Shown here piece after piece: positions 53,201-64,000 of a stretch of 64,000 nucleotides of DNA. Origin of the DNA: Acanthaster planci (taxonomy: Eukaryota); NCBI RefSeq assembly GCF_001949145.1, contig NW_019091359.1:1748540-1812539 (forward strand). Reading direction: 5' to 3'. Both the position numbers and the translations under genes were made by a program. Under the pieces are notes generated by a model. It did not search any database. It saw only the letters and a list, made by a program, of their open reading frames with translations, and was not told where the DNA came from. Position 1 is the stretch's first letter; each line of letters opens with the position of its first letter.

Positions 53201-56048
53201 ATTTGACCATTGCATAGTTTTGTTTTACAACTGAAGTTTTTTTAATCAGGAGGCAAAGAAGCACAATCCTGACGCCGGCTCAGACCGTAAGTACCTTGAT
53301 TTCTTGGACATCTTGTTGTCTGCTCGAGATGAAGACGATAAAGGAATGACAGACATGGAGATCCGCAACGAGGTAGACACCTTCCTCTTCGAGGGTCACG
53401 ACACCACGGCCAGTGGTCTGACATGGATGCTGTATGCTATGGCAACGCATCCCGAACATCAGAGGAAGGTCCAGGAGGAGATTGATGAAGTGATGTCGGG
53501 CAGGGAATCGGAAGATGTTGGCTGGTAAGAAAAGGTTAACATTGCTGAAATCATCAGTAAGCTACCACTTCAGTGCTTATATGATCACTTTTCTATGGAG
53601 CCAGTAGTGGTGGGGGGACGATCCGCGAAGCATCGTAGGGAAACAGCACATACATAAGCAACATACACTTTCTGAGGTTAGTTCACGATGAATCGATCAT
53701 AATGTATAAGAATATTTGTTGCGGGTCCATTCTTTTCTAAGGGATGATCTTGGAAAGCTCAAGTACATGGTACAGTGCCTTAAGGAGTCGATGAGGATGT
53801 ACCCTCCTGTCCCTTTCATCATGAGGGTTCTTGAGAGGGACGTCGAAATCGATGGCAAGATCCTCCCAGCTGGAACCAACTTGGATATGGCCATCTATTG
53901 CCTTCACCACAATCCTCAAGTGTGGACAGATCATATGGTAATGGCAAAGCACGCATGTTGTTTCATGTATAGCTTCCAGAGCAGGCAAAGATGTTTAATC
54001 AACAACATCATCAATATATCATCATTATTGTCAGACATTGCTATCGTCATCGTCATCATGTAGGCAACAAATCGTCACCCTTTTAAGAATAAATGGTGGT
54101 GCGCTATAGTTTGCACTACACTGATGCATCCAGTGTGTTGACTTGCGGCTGTGGCAAATTTTTAGGGAGGCTGCACATGCAGATTCATAGCCTCTTCCCT
54201 GTCCTGGAGCTAAAGTAATCTTGACAATCGCAAGATGCATCTATAAAGTCAGGTCATACCGCCCCCAGTACCGTCTTGCTCAGTATCGGAGGATGAATAA
54301 CGACAAGTGTGCACCTTTACTTTGCTTGTGACTTGGGACTGGATGATTTGCAATACATGTGTTTCCAAGAGTTTGCAACGCGTTGGCCAATCACAATGCA
54401 CGAAATGTTTCGGCCCGATGTGTTTGGAAATGGTTGACAAATTTCGCGCGTTATGATTGGCCAACGCACTGCAAACTCTTGAGGTGCACTATTGTGAATT
54501 GTCCGTATTTGTTCACAACTGACCTCCAACTATCTGCACTTTGGAACTGTTTAACCATTAAAAGCAATCTTAATTGGTATTACTTTATAAATTCTAACCG
54601 TTGTTGAGAAGATATACTTTACATCCTGAACGTCAATGTCCAACAGCTTAATAACTTTTAGTTCTCTTAGCTTTGTTTTGTATTTTTGGTCATATTCGCA
54701 AACGTACAGCAAGGAAGTGCGGTGTTATGATTCGTTGACATTCCTGTCCATCGAAGCCACAAACCAGAAACTCTTCTCAGCAAAGTCTTGTCTGATGCAA
54801 ATATGAGTAAAGAAGCAATACGTGTCAGACACGGGCTTCCCGAGATAAGGCTAGGTGTATTGTCTGCGGCGTCTCAGTGTATTTCCAATGGAGTGAAGAC
54901 TAGGACTTAGCTCTATAGACCAAAGATCGTCTGGCGCCGCCACGCAAAGATACGATCTTTTCTCCAGACAGCAGATTTGGATGCAGCCCAAGAATCTTCT
55001 TCTCACGGACGTTACAATTCATATCATTACAATCGTCATCACATTCTCTGCTAAGCGTCTCCGTGAAAATATAGTAGATCATTCACTTTATTGTGCTCAT
55101 TTTTGTGACCCATAACTCCATTTATTTGAAATATGAAAAGGAATTTCATTTCGACACTCAAAATGTTTAGCTTATGAATTTTGAAATATAACCACGGTGT
55201 TGGGCATCTTTGCAATATATATCGCGGTGTGGCGTTTGGTCCACGCACGCAAAACGGTGTTTGTTCGTCATTATCTCTGTCTTGTTGTGTTGTTCGCTGT
55301 TCGTTTCAACAGACCTTTGACCCCGACCGATTCTCTCCGGACAACATCCAGAAAATCGACCCCTTCTCATATCTTCCATTTGCTGCCGGCCCAAGGTAAA
55401 CACAACATTTCATGAACTAAAAAGTAAAGAGGCTTTCAATTGAAGAAAAAAAACACTGAGGTAAGAGTAGTATGCTTTTCAATTCAAGAAACAACCGTAA
55501 CTTAAAGTTGCATGTTAAGAACTAATAGCGACCTCTTCTACTGATATACTTTGTCCATTTTTCCCAGATGGCTTGACTGTGCAGAGAGTATAAGTAGCGT
55601 ATCCAGCAGGAGGGCGTGGGACAGGGGGCACTCCCCCCCCCCTCCGACGGATCTTTTAATAAGGCATTTTTCCCCCAACCTCATGTTGAAAGAGCCCGAA
55701 TTCGCATTCGCTATTGAATTTGCCCCCCTGACACCAAAAGCTGGATACGGCGCTGGAGAGGATATTTCTTCCACAATTGATCGTAAATTTAATACAATAA
55801 TTTTAAATTGAGTGAAACCTCATAACTTTCCAGGTTCAATATTCTGAATTTGGTTTATTATTTCCGGCAGGAACTGTATTGGACAGAATTTTGCCCTGAA
55901 CGAGGAGAAGGTGATCCTTGTTCGTCTGCTGAGGAGATACACTATCCAGCTGGACCCGAGCCACCCGGTCAAATTCTCTGGTGAGATGATCCTGAAAGCT
56001 CACAATGACGTCAAGATTTTCCTTTCACCACGTGTGATTCAGGAATAA
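50210..56048 (+). CDS. CYP4: Cytochrome P450 family 4 (CYP4-like), copy B, 519 aa. Coding exons: 50210-50368, 51117-51288, 51691-51875, 52235-52359, 52783-52845, 52965-53088, 53250-53524, 53742-53937, 55313-55395, 55871-56048
   Basis: Same exon sizes and phases as copy A (last exon 6 nt longer; total 1560 nt). Same I-helix FEGHDTT, ExxR and FAAGPRNCIG motifs. No stops or frameshifts seen. Confidence 0.95.
54366..54480. repeat. Inverted repeat/hairpin in a CYP4-B intron
   Basis: CAAGAGTTTGCA.CGCGTTGGCCAATCA … TGATTGGCCAACGCACTGCAAACTCTTG. Confidence 0.7.
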
Positions 56049-56732
56049 TGATATTGATGATCGCCTGATTTGTCCTGGTGACTTTTCCTGTTAAATAACC
56101 AACTTTAAAGAATGTTGCACTCAGTTTTTTGGTTAAATACACATCGATTTAACATTACAATATGCAATTGCTCTTTCATTTATATGGAGTCAGACAATAT
56201 GCTACATATTGGCTTATAATTAGTTTTGGTTGTTGGTGTTTGTATATGTGTTTAGTTGTACTGGAAACTTTTAAGATTAACGCAACAAATTGTAAATTTT
56301 CTGTCTTCTTAACGGATAAAAAGCTGACGATTCATCAACAAAACAGAAATTCGCATTTATATTTGATCTAATTCGATCTTTTTGCGTTGCATTCATGGAT
56401 AAACATAAACATTCTAATCTTTAGTTAAAAAGATATTAAGCCTGTACAAAGTTTGTTCACACCGACGACATTAACCTCTTTCTGGTCAGACAGGTGAACT
56501 CTTACCTATCTATGATACCTGAGAAAAAAATCACCTTTTATCATTTTTGATCAAGAGTTCGCAATGGTACCTGACAACGTTTGTTGTTGGACAACAGGCT
56601 TGCTCGATTGTGTCACGTGGACTTCATGCTGCGTGTCACGCGATTGGTAATGTGGATGGTGTCCTATTGTCAACACATCGCGTAACGACGGCACAACAAC
56701 AGCACGAGGGCTACTTGCGTCGGGCCGGGCCG

Positions 56733-56909
56733 TATAGACCTCTATCATGGGGCAGCCATCTTGGTTTTTTAGCATTCAAACCAATGTAACCAAACTGAGG
56801 CTGGAAGGGGATATAGTCTGTTCCCTTTTATCAGTAATATTGTGAAGTTGTATTACTGTTGCCCATAGGGAACAAGACAAACATGGCAACATCATAATAA
56901 AGGTCTATA
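56733..56909. mobile_element. Short MITE-like element
   Basis: TATAGACCTCTATCATG … CATAATAAAGGTCTATA. Confidence 0.5.
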
Positions 56910-59769
56910 GAGTGCTACCATGTAAATCGGCCAGAAGTATGTCTGCCAAGGTCATTTACAAGAGTTATATACTCAAAATATTCTATATTAGAGGGCCCTT
57001 GGTGCCAAATTAAGAAATTGTAGAAATATGGCACTGAACCTCTGGCCTGGACTTAAGGCTTCTAATTCTGAGCAATTTGGTGTAATCGGGTCCGAAAGTG
57101 GCACGATTTAGCCGTTTGCAGAGGGATGGCTTTTCAAAATGGCAATTTTTATGGGCAGGGACATTTCCTTGATTTTAGGGGTGGTCTTCTTCGAGTGAAA
57201 TTTTTATTGATCAAACCCCCCCCAAAAAAAAAATTGAAGGAAAATGAAACGGAACATAACGAATGTCGTTTTTCATTGCAACCAGAAGAGTTGTACTTTA
57301 AAGTAATTGTGAAGTATGGGGTCTATCATTGCTGTCTATGGGAATTTATTTGCTGCGGTGATATAGCTCTTCCTCTCCCGCTTTCGGCGCACAGTGCCCG
57401 ACCGCACATAGTGCATCCTGTCGTAGCGTCGACCCGTCATGTTATTCAAGCCACTTTGGGGCTCGAGGTTGAGTCATTAATGGACGTGTCTCAGTCATTT
57501 ACGCTACAAACATGAAGAAAATCGAGTCGAGGCCAGTCAGAGGCAGTCGTATTGTAATAATGGTCGAGTTGAGTCAAATTCACGTTCGAGTCAATTCAAG
57601 CCACTTTTTTATATGTCTATAAATACCAACGGACGGAAAAGAGAGCGCTTTAGGATTTGGCACAAATGTGAAAGAACATACGGCACCGGTTCAAGAATGA
57701 GAATCCAAAGCAATAAAACATGCCCCATGAAGTTCATGATAGCCAACAGACGACTTGGACGAGCTCTGCATGGATCTTCGTGTACGTAAACTTAAAAGCA
57801 TGAAGCAAGGCTTTCAATTAATATGAGGGAAGAGTGACTGTTTGAAACCATTTCACTTCCAATGATCTATCTCATTGAAGCTTTTCATGGTGAAGGTGTG
57901 GACGGACTCCTACAGAGCATATTGTCCGAAACGTTGAGTACCCCCCGGCTCTTTCGAGAACCCCCGTGACATACTCACAAAAGAGATATCCTAGCTTGGT
58001 GCTACCCGGCGTAAACGTTACTTCATTTCGTTTGCCTGTCTCCTAAGCAGTGTCGTAACTATAAGGGGTAGCAGAAGTTTGCGTCTCTGTGTTTTGGAAG
58101 GTGCAAACTTATTTACAAGCCACGGTTAATTTGCTTTCAGTTTTTTCTTAAAACAGTGTGTGCACACCAAGGGCCTCCTCAGAAATCTCACCCGAATTAC
58201 TCTCTAAATGCAAAAGAGTGCAAACCTCACCATCCAAATGAGTGAGTCCCCTCGTATAAACATTCTAAACGGGAGGAGACCACTTCAAAAAGAGAGAAGA
58301 CCACTCTGAAAGAATGAAAATCAATTTGAAAAAGGAACCACTGGCAAAAGACAATCCGCTTTCGAGCTGTCTGTACAATAATTATTGCTCCTTGAGAGAG
58401 TGGAAATTTTACTCTTTTGGAGTGATTTCCACTCGTTTGATGGATGTTTTCACTCTTCTGGAGTGGTTTCCCGGGATTTTTGGTTAAGAGGAGATTTCTG
58501 CACATTTGCAGACACTGTAGGACCCCTCCCCATCTCCAAAATATAAACTCTGAGAAACTTGTTGCTCTCAAAAACTTCCCCCTTTCCCCCCACACTGAAA
58601 AGGTTAAAAATTGTGATAAGCAGAACACAGAAAATAAGTAAGCTAAAAAAGTTGCTCCCCAAATAAAAAAAAATAGAACTTCATTCTGACAAAATTTGGG
58701 CTGTAAGAGTCTTGAGAGCATGGGGAACGGTTTGGGATACTGGCGAAGCTGAGTTGGGAAGATTTTTGCATGACTTGGTCACATCAATACCGCCCTCTAT
58801 ACCAAGCTGCATAAAATAAGGAGGGTCACCGGTTCTGCAACCAGCACGATTCTACAAAGCTCAGACTCCTTGGCTGAGTTCGGTCGGCTTTTTCCTGTTT
58901 GTTCACGAACAGCTTGATTTGTTGTTCGTGGGTCGGTCGCTCGAACGCTGGGAATGTACAACTGGTTATTAACGTTTAGTAGTAGTTATTTGTGGCAAGC
59001 GACATGCAACTTGGCAGCGTCCTGGTGCATTCTTCGAGAGTTAATGTTGGATAACTGGGCTAACTTCTTTTCCATTTAAAAAAAATCATGGAAAATTATT
59101 ACTGTTAATTTTGCGAAAACTTTCCATTGTCTTCGGCTTTGTAAAGCCATATCGGTACTTTTTGCGGCTGTTCAAAATCAAATCTCACGAGTTTTTCTGT
59201 GTTTTCGTGTAAAATCTTTACGAGGAGGTGGTGTGTGATCCTGCTCCGAGAACAGTGTTCTTGGGTCGTGTTCCCGCCGTTTGCGCGCGAGAACACGAAA
59301 CCCGTGTCAAGAACGGACCGCTCGAACTCGACAACCCTTGAGTAACCTTAGTGACACGTGCGAACCACATTGAATATTATTCATGCGATTGGGGAGGTGG
59401 CGTATAGAACCTAATATAGCCTCTTCCGCAGGCCTCCATCCCAAATTACGGCTGTGACTGGCATTCGCCCCTACAAAAGGCAGTCCCGGTGGATGTAGCC
59501 CGCTTCCAACAGACTCTTGTGTAAACAGTAATGTAATCAATCGAGATGAAAACCCAACAAAATTGTCATTTTTGTTGGCCTTGTTTAATATCCATTCATC
59601 CGGTTTTTTTTTGGTTTTTTTTTGGTGGGGGCACCTGAGGGGGGCATTGTACGGGGCAGCTTTTGGAGGTCGGAAGGAATGTGTGGAAATGTTTCTTCTG
59701 ACTAGAGGCCTCTGGGAGCTGAGGGTTTTAAGTAAAGTCGAATTTCATCTGGGTTGTTTCAATTAGAAG

Positions 59770-60012
59770 CAGTTGCGTTGCCACGGGGGGAGGGGCTTGG
59801 GGAACGTTCCCCCACAAATTCCTGGTGCCCCCCCCCCACGTGCCCCTACTAACAAAAACGTGCCCCCCAAAAACACAACACTGAAAGTTGGTCCCCTCCC
59901 CCGGTAAGATGCTNCCCCCAAAAAACACAACACTGAAAGTTGGTCCCCTCCCCCGGTAAGATGCTGGTGCCCCTTTCTGACCCCCGCCAGTAAAATCCTA
60001 GCTACGCCACTG
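59770..60012. mobile_element. hAT-like MITE
   Basis: CAGTTGCGTTGC…GCTACGCCACTG with an 8-bp near-duplication, ATTAGAAG / TTTAGAAG. Confidence 0.7.
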
Positions 60013-60249
60013 TTTAGAAGTGTAGGCCTATAATATCGTATGGCTTAGCCCGACGTTGAATGGACACAAATTTTGAACATGCAACTGTAGGTGAATGTAT
60101 GCATGACTAATAACTAAAGGCAGATCTCCTGCAATTCTAGTGTAAAATGAGACGATTCTGAATTAGTGATGGCACTTTATTGATGTATGTCACCCCCTTG
60201 TCCCGAAGCTGACTCCGCCCTCCTTTGATGAGTTCCCGCGCAGTCATCA

Positions 60250-60552
60250 CACGGGGTTTTTTTTCTCTGATCAAACGAATCTGGAAACTATCCGACAATG
60301 TGCGGTGCTGCAAGCCGCAGTGTGGCGCGCTACCAGACTGATAGCAGAATCAATATGGCCGCATGAAAACATGAAATCACATGTAAGAGGCGTGCTGAGC
60401 TGACTTGCCACGTATTGCGTCAGAAACGTCTCGGAACTTAAATTTTCGGTACGTTTTCAACTTAACATTTTGAAGAGTATTAAAGCTTCTACCTATACGA
60501 ATTGTGATACATCGCCTTTATACTTTATTTGTGAGAAACTCCAAACAATAAG
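60250..60552 (+). promoter_or_regulatory. Possible CpG-rich promoter / non-coding first exon of an unidentified downstream gene
   Basis: CpG-rich patch followed by the donor-like AAG|GTAGGT after 60552. Downstream sequence again shows TACATGTA motifs like the ST7 intron. Confidence 0.25.
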
Positions 60553-62139
60553 GTAGGTTTTGGCCTAACGTTACGCCTACAATCATGACAATGTAACATG
60601 ACAATGTAACGTTACTAGTTCGATATGTTTGCTCGTCAGCAAACGTCACGGCGCCAGCCTAGCCAAACGTTACATGTGATGTGATTTAAATTAATATTAT
60701 ATTGACATGGTCAGTAATTGTTGATGTGCTAACGCGGCATACTTTGATTTGTCGCCTTCAGCATGTCTAGTACCTAAGCTAAAGCAATGTTTTACTTCAT
60801 ATTTCACACACAGTGTGTGTGAAATTTTATTAATATTATTATCATAATCATGATTACTTATGTTGAGTTTAACAAAAACATGTTTAATTAGTTACGTAGA
60901 GGCTGCAATGTATGCTTGGAAAGACTTCCATATGCAGACACCACTTTCAGACTTTACACCCCGTATAAAACCCTTTGAGTTTGGGACTAGTCTCAGTCTG
61001 AAAATTCTTTTTCTATGTAAATGACTTTTTCCTCCTTAATTGAACTTTTCTGGACATGTTTTTGCTTTCTGATAGCCAATAGGCCCCATAAGTAGTTAGT
61101 AGGGCGTAGGTCACTGTAATATGGAATTCCATTAGGCCCCTACTGCCATTTTACGCATCGCATCATCACACTGTCGCATCGTCGTGCCAATTGCGTCGTT
61201 GTGCCGTCGCATTTGCAATCTTTAGGCCTGTTCATTTTTTTAGCTAGAGAGGGCATGTACTGTCATGTACATGTAGGAACCACTTATCTGATCTATATCA
61301 TACAATAATTATTTAACAATCCGAGTGGCATTTCCAACAGCCTATCTCTCAAGGCATTTTTAACTCGGGGACAGTTTCATGTTTTGTTGATGAGGACACA
61401 CTTTTTTATTTCTTGGTCCTCGAGCCGTCAATGAGAAGCCTTGAAAAAAAATTTTTGGTACATTTCCTTGGACACACTTCTCTGAAAAATTGATGAAATA
61501 GATTTAAAATGAAATGTTTATTTTCATTCCGACCACTGCTAAAGCTGTGCCACCAATGTTTATTTTTGATCTTTCCTTTCATTTCCAAACTACATGTAAC
61601 TTTTTTCTTTTTTTCTTCCTCCCCTCTTAAATGTGGCAATTGATGTCTTGAGGAATGAAAAAAATTTTTTATTTTTTGCTCTCCACTCTACATGTTTTTG
61701 CCTAAAAGCTCGAGGACCGAGGAATAAAAAAGTCTGGCCTGAGGAACATTCCTCTCAAACTCTTGTGGAAGCAATTTCATTCAGTACCTGCAATGCACAC
61801 CATTTCAAATCTTCAGAATGCCACAAATTTCAGAATACTGGTAGGTGTAACATGCTCCAAAATAATGACAGACCAGCTCATCTCCTGACAATTATGTCAA
61901 GGTGAATGGTTAAATCATATGCAAATAAGGAAAAATCTTTGAACGTGAAGTGGGGAAAGACATGACAAACTAAGTCATGAAATCGAAGTAAGGGACTGCT
62001 GAGGAACTGTTCCATGAGTCACAGAATGAAAAAGTGGCATAATGTACATGTACATTAATAGAAAAGGCTTTTTAGTTTGGAGAGGGGAACATAATGACAC
62101 CATATCAACTGTCGACAGCACTGTTCCTTCTGTAACATG

Positions 62140-62965
62140 GCATGAGGATGCGATGGCAGGATGATGTGAGGGCAAAACAATGCGACAGCACAACAATGCA
62201 ATGGCATGACAATGCGACAACACGACAATGCAACGGCACAACGATGTGATGACACGACGCAACTATGCAGTGGCATGATGCGACTATGCGATGGCACAAC
62301 ACGATGATGCAATGGCAAAACAATGCGACAACACGACAATGCGACGGCACAACGATGTGATGGCACAACTATGCGTTGGCATGATGATGCGATGGCAAAA
62401 CAATGCGACAGCACGACAGTGCGACAATGCAGTGGCATGACAATGCGATGGCACAACGCTGTGATGGCACGACTATGCGTTGGCATGATGATGCGATGGC
62501 AAAACAATGCGACAGCACAACAGTGCGACAGTGCAGTGGCATGACAATGCGACTATGCAATGGCACAACGATGTGATGACACGACGCAACTATGCAATGG
62601 CATGATGCGACTATGCGATGGCACAACACGACGATGCAATGGCAAAACAATGCGACAACACGACAATGCGACGGCACAACGATGTGATGGCACAACTATG
62701 CGTTGGCATGATGATGCGATGGCAAAACAATGCGACAGCACGACAGTGCGACAATGCAACGGCACAACGATGTGATGGCACAACGATGTGATGGCACAAC
62801 TATGCGAATGCATGATGATGCGATGGCAAAACAATGCGACAGCACGACAGTGCGACAGTGCAGTGGCATGACAATGCGACTATGCAATGGCATGACGCGA
62901 CTTTGCAATGGCACAACACAACGATGCGACGGCATGATGATGCAATGGCACAACGATGCGAGAGT
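62140..62965 (+). repeat. Complex satellite built from about 5-bp units (CAATG/CGATG/GCACA/CGACA) with higher-order repeats
   Basis: Recurrent blocks such as GATGATGCGATGGCAAAACAATGCGACAGCAC; explains the Cys/His-rich ORFs in all frames. Confidence 0.9.
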
Positions 62966-64000
62966 GTGATGATGCAACGTAGTGTTGGACTCTTTTCCCC
63001 ATGAAAAAAGAATAAACAAATGTGCCATAGGTTTCAAAAGGAAAAGGGAATTTTTAATCCCGGTATTCAATTAAACATTGATTAAAGTAACATAAATTGA
63101 CATTGATTAAAGTGTGACTTTCTTGCATATTTAAAAATGATATTTATTTTTCATGTATTTGACTGTCACACATTGCTTTTTTTTTTTAAAAACAGTCGCT
63201 CAACCAATACCAAAGGCACGTAATTGATCAATCATGATTGTATGCGTGTGTGACACAGACTTCACAATGTTGAACTGGTCTTGTTTTATGCACCAGCCTG
63301 GGAAACTAACAAAAGTGCAGTGCAGGCCAAAAGTATGGGGCGCCATCAGGGCCATAATTAATATTTTACAAAACGAATGCTCCAAATAAAAAAAAGCTCA
63401 AAGTTTAAAAACAAACGAAAGAAAAGGTCCATAAATAAAGGACATCGATAAAGTGAAAAAGATAAATTAAAAACAAATGACAGAAAAATGAAGCAGAGTT
63501 CTGAATCCTGATTTGCAAACAGCATTTGCGAACTAAACGATGCAAACCTCAAACGATCAGAAAAAAGGAAAGGACAAAATAAAAGAATAAAAGCACAGAA
63601 ATAAATAATAAAAGCACAAAACCAAAGGATCTAAAGAAAAAAAACGATCAATGGACAGAGTCAAACGATCAAAGGAAAAAACAAAATGAACTAAATTAAA
63701 GCGAACGTTGAGGGCGGCAATTGCTGGCGCTATGATGACGGTGAGCGTAAATCCGATCTCGAATCCAGCATGTCAAACACACACTAGTAACTGCTTTCCT
63801 GTGTGATTCACACACACCTAAGGTAAGGTACTGTACGTATGCTCATAGCTCAGGTTTGCTCGTGGAATTTGCCAAGACTTGATTTGGTTCAGCTCCAGGA
63901 AGTACATGTACACATGTAGTAGCGGCTGTGCGAAGAACTTTCTAGCAGGGCGTGTGAGCTAGTTACATGTTATTTTAAATAAAATCCAAATCCAGCCTTG

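Noticed and set aside
58800..59300. GC-richer minus-strand stretch that looks coding
   Set aside because: The frames are short and interrupted, with no recognisable motif or splice structure.
59862..59964. Direct duplication of about 50 bp
   Set aside because: It flanks a single N (59914), which is typical of an unmerged contig overlap.
61975..63070. Many Cys/His-rich ORFs resembling metal-binding proteins
   Set aside because: They are translations of a pentamer satellite that is open in several frames; no coding evidence.

Overview
Animal (invertebrate-like) nuclear DNA with spliceosomal introns and four assembly gaps. The left third is the first coding exon of an ST7/ST7L homologue (minus strand, 19696-19858). 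Its first intron is at least 19.6 kb long, CpG-poor and full of repeats. Upstream of ST7 lies a decayed Maverick/Polinton-like (adintovirus-type) endogenous viral element: protein-primed PolB, an integrase C-terminus, a probable major-capsid N-terminus and one AGTAGT-type end. Two intact tandem CYP4-family cytochrome P450 genes follow on the plus strand, each with 10 coding exons (517 and 519 aa). The first CYP4 carries an internally deleted ISL2EU-type DNA transposon (THAP gene plus SWIM gene) in its first coding intron. The rest is L2/CR1 LINE fragments, many MITE/foldback elements (some nested, two stacked on one triplicated 9-bp target) and satellites. All family assignments come from recalled motifs; no database searches were run.
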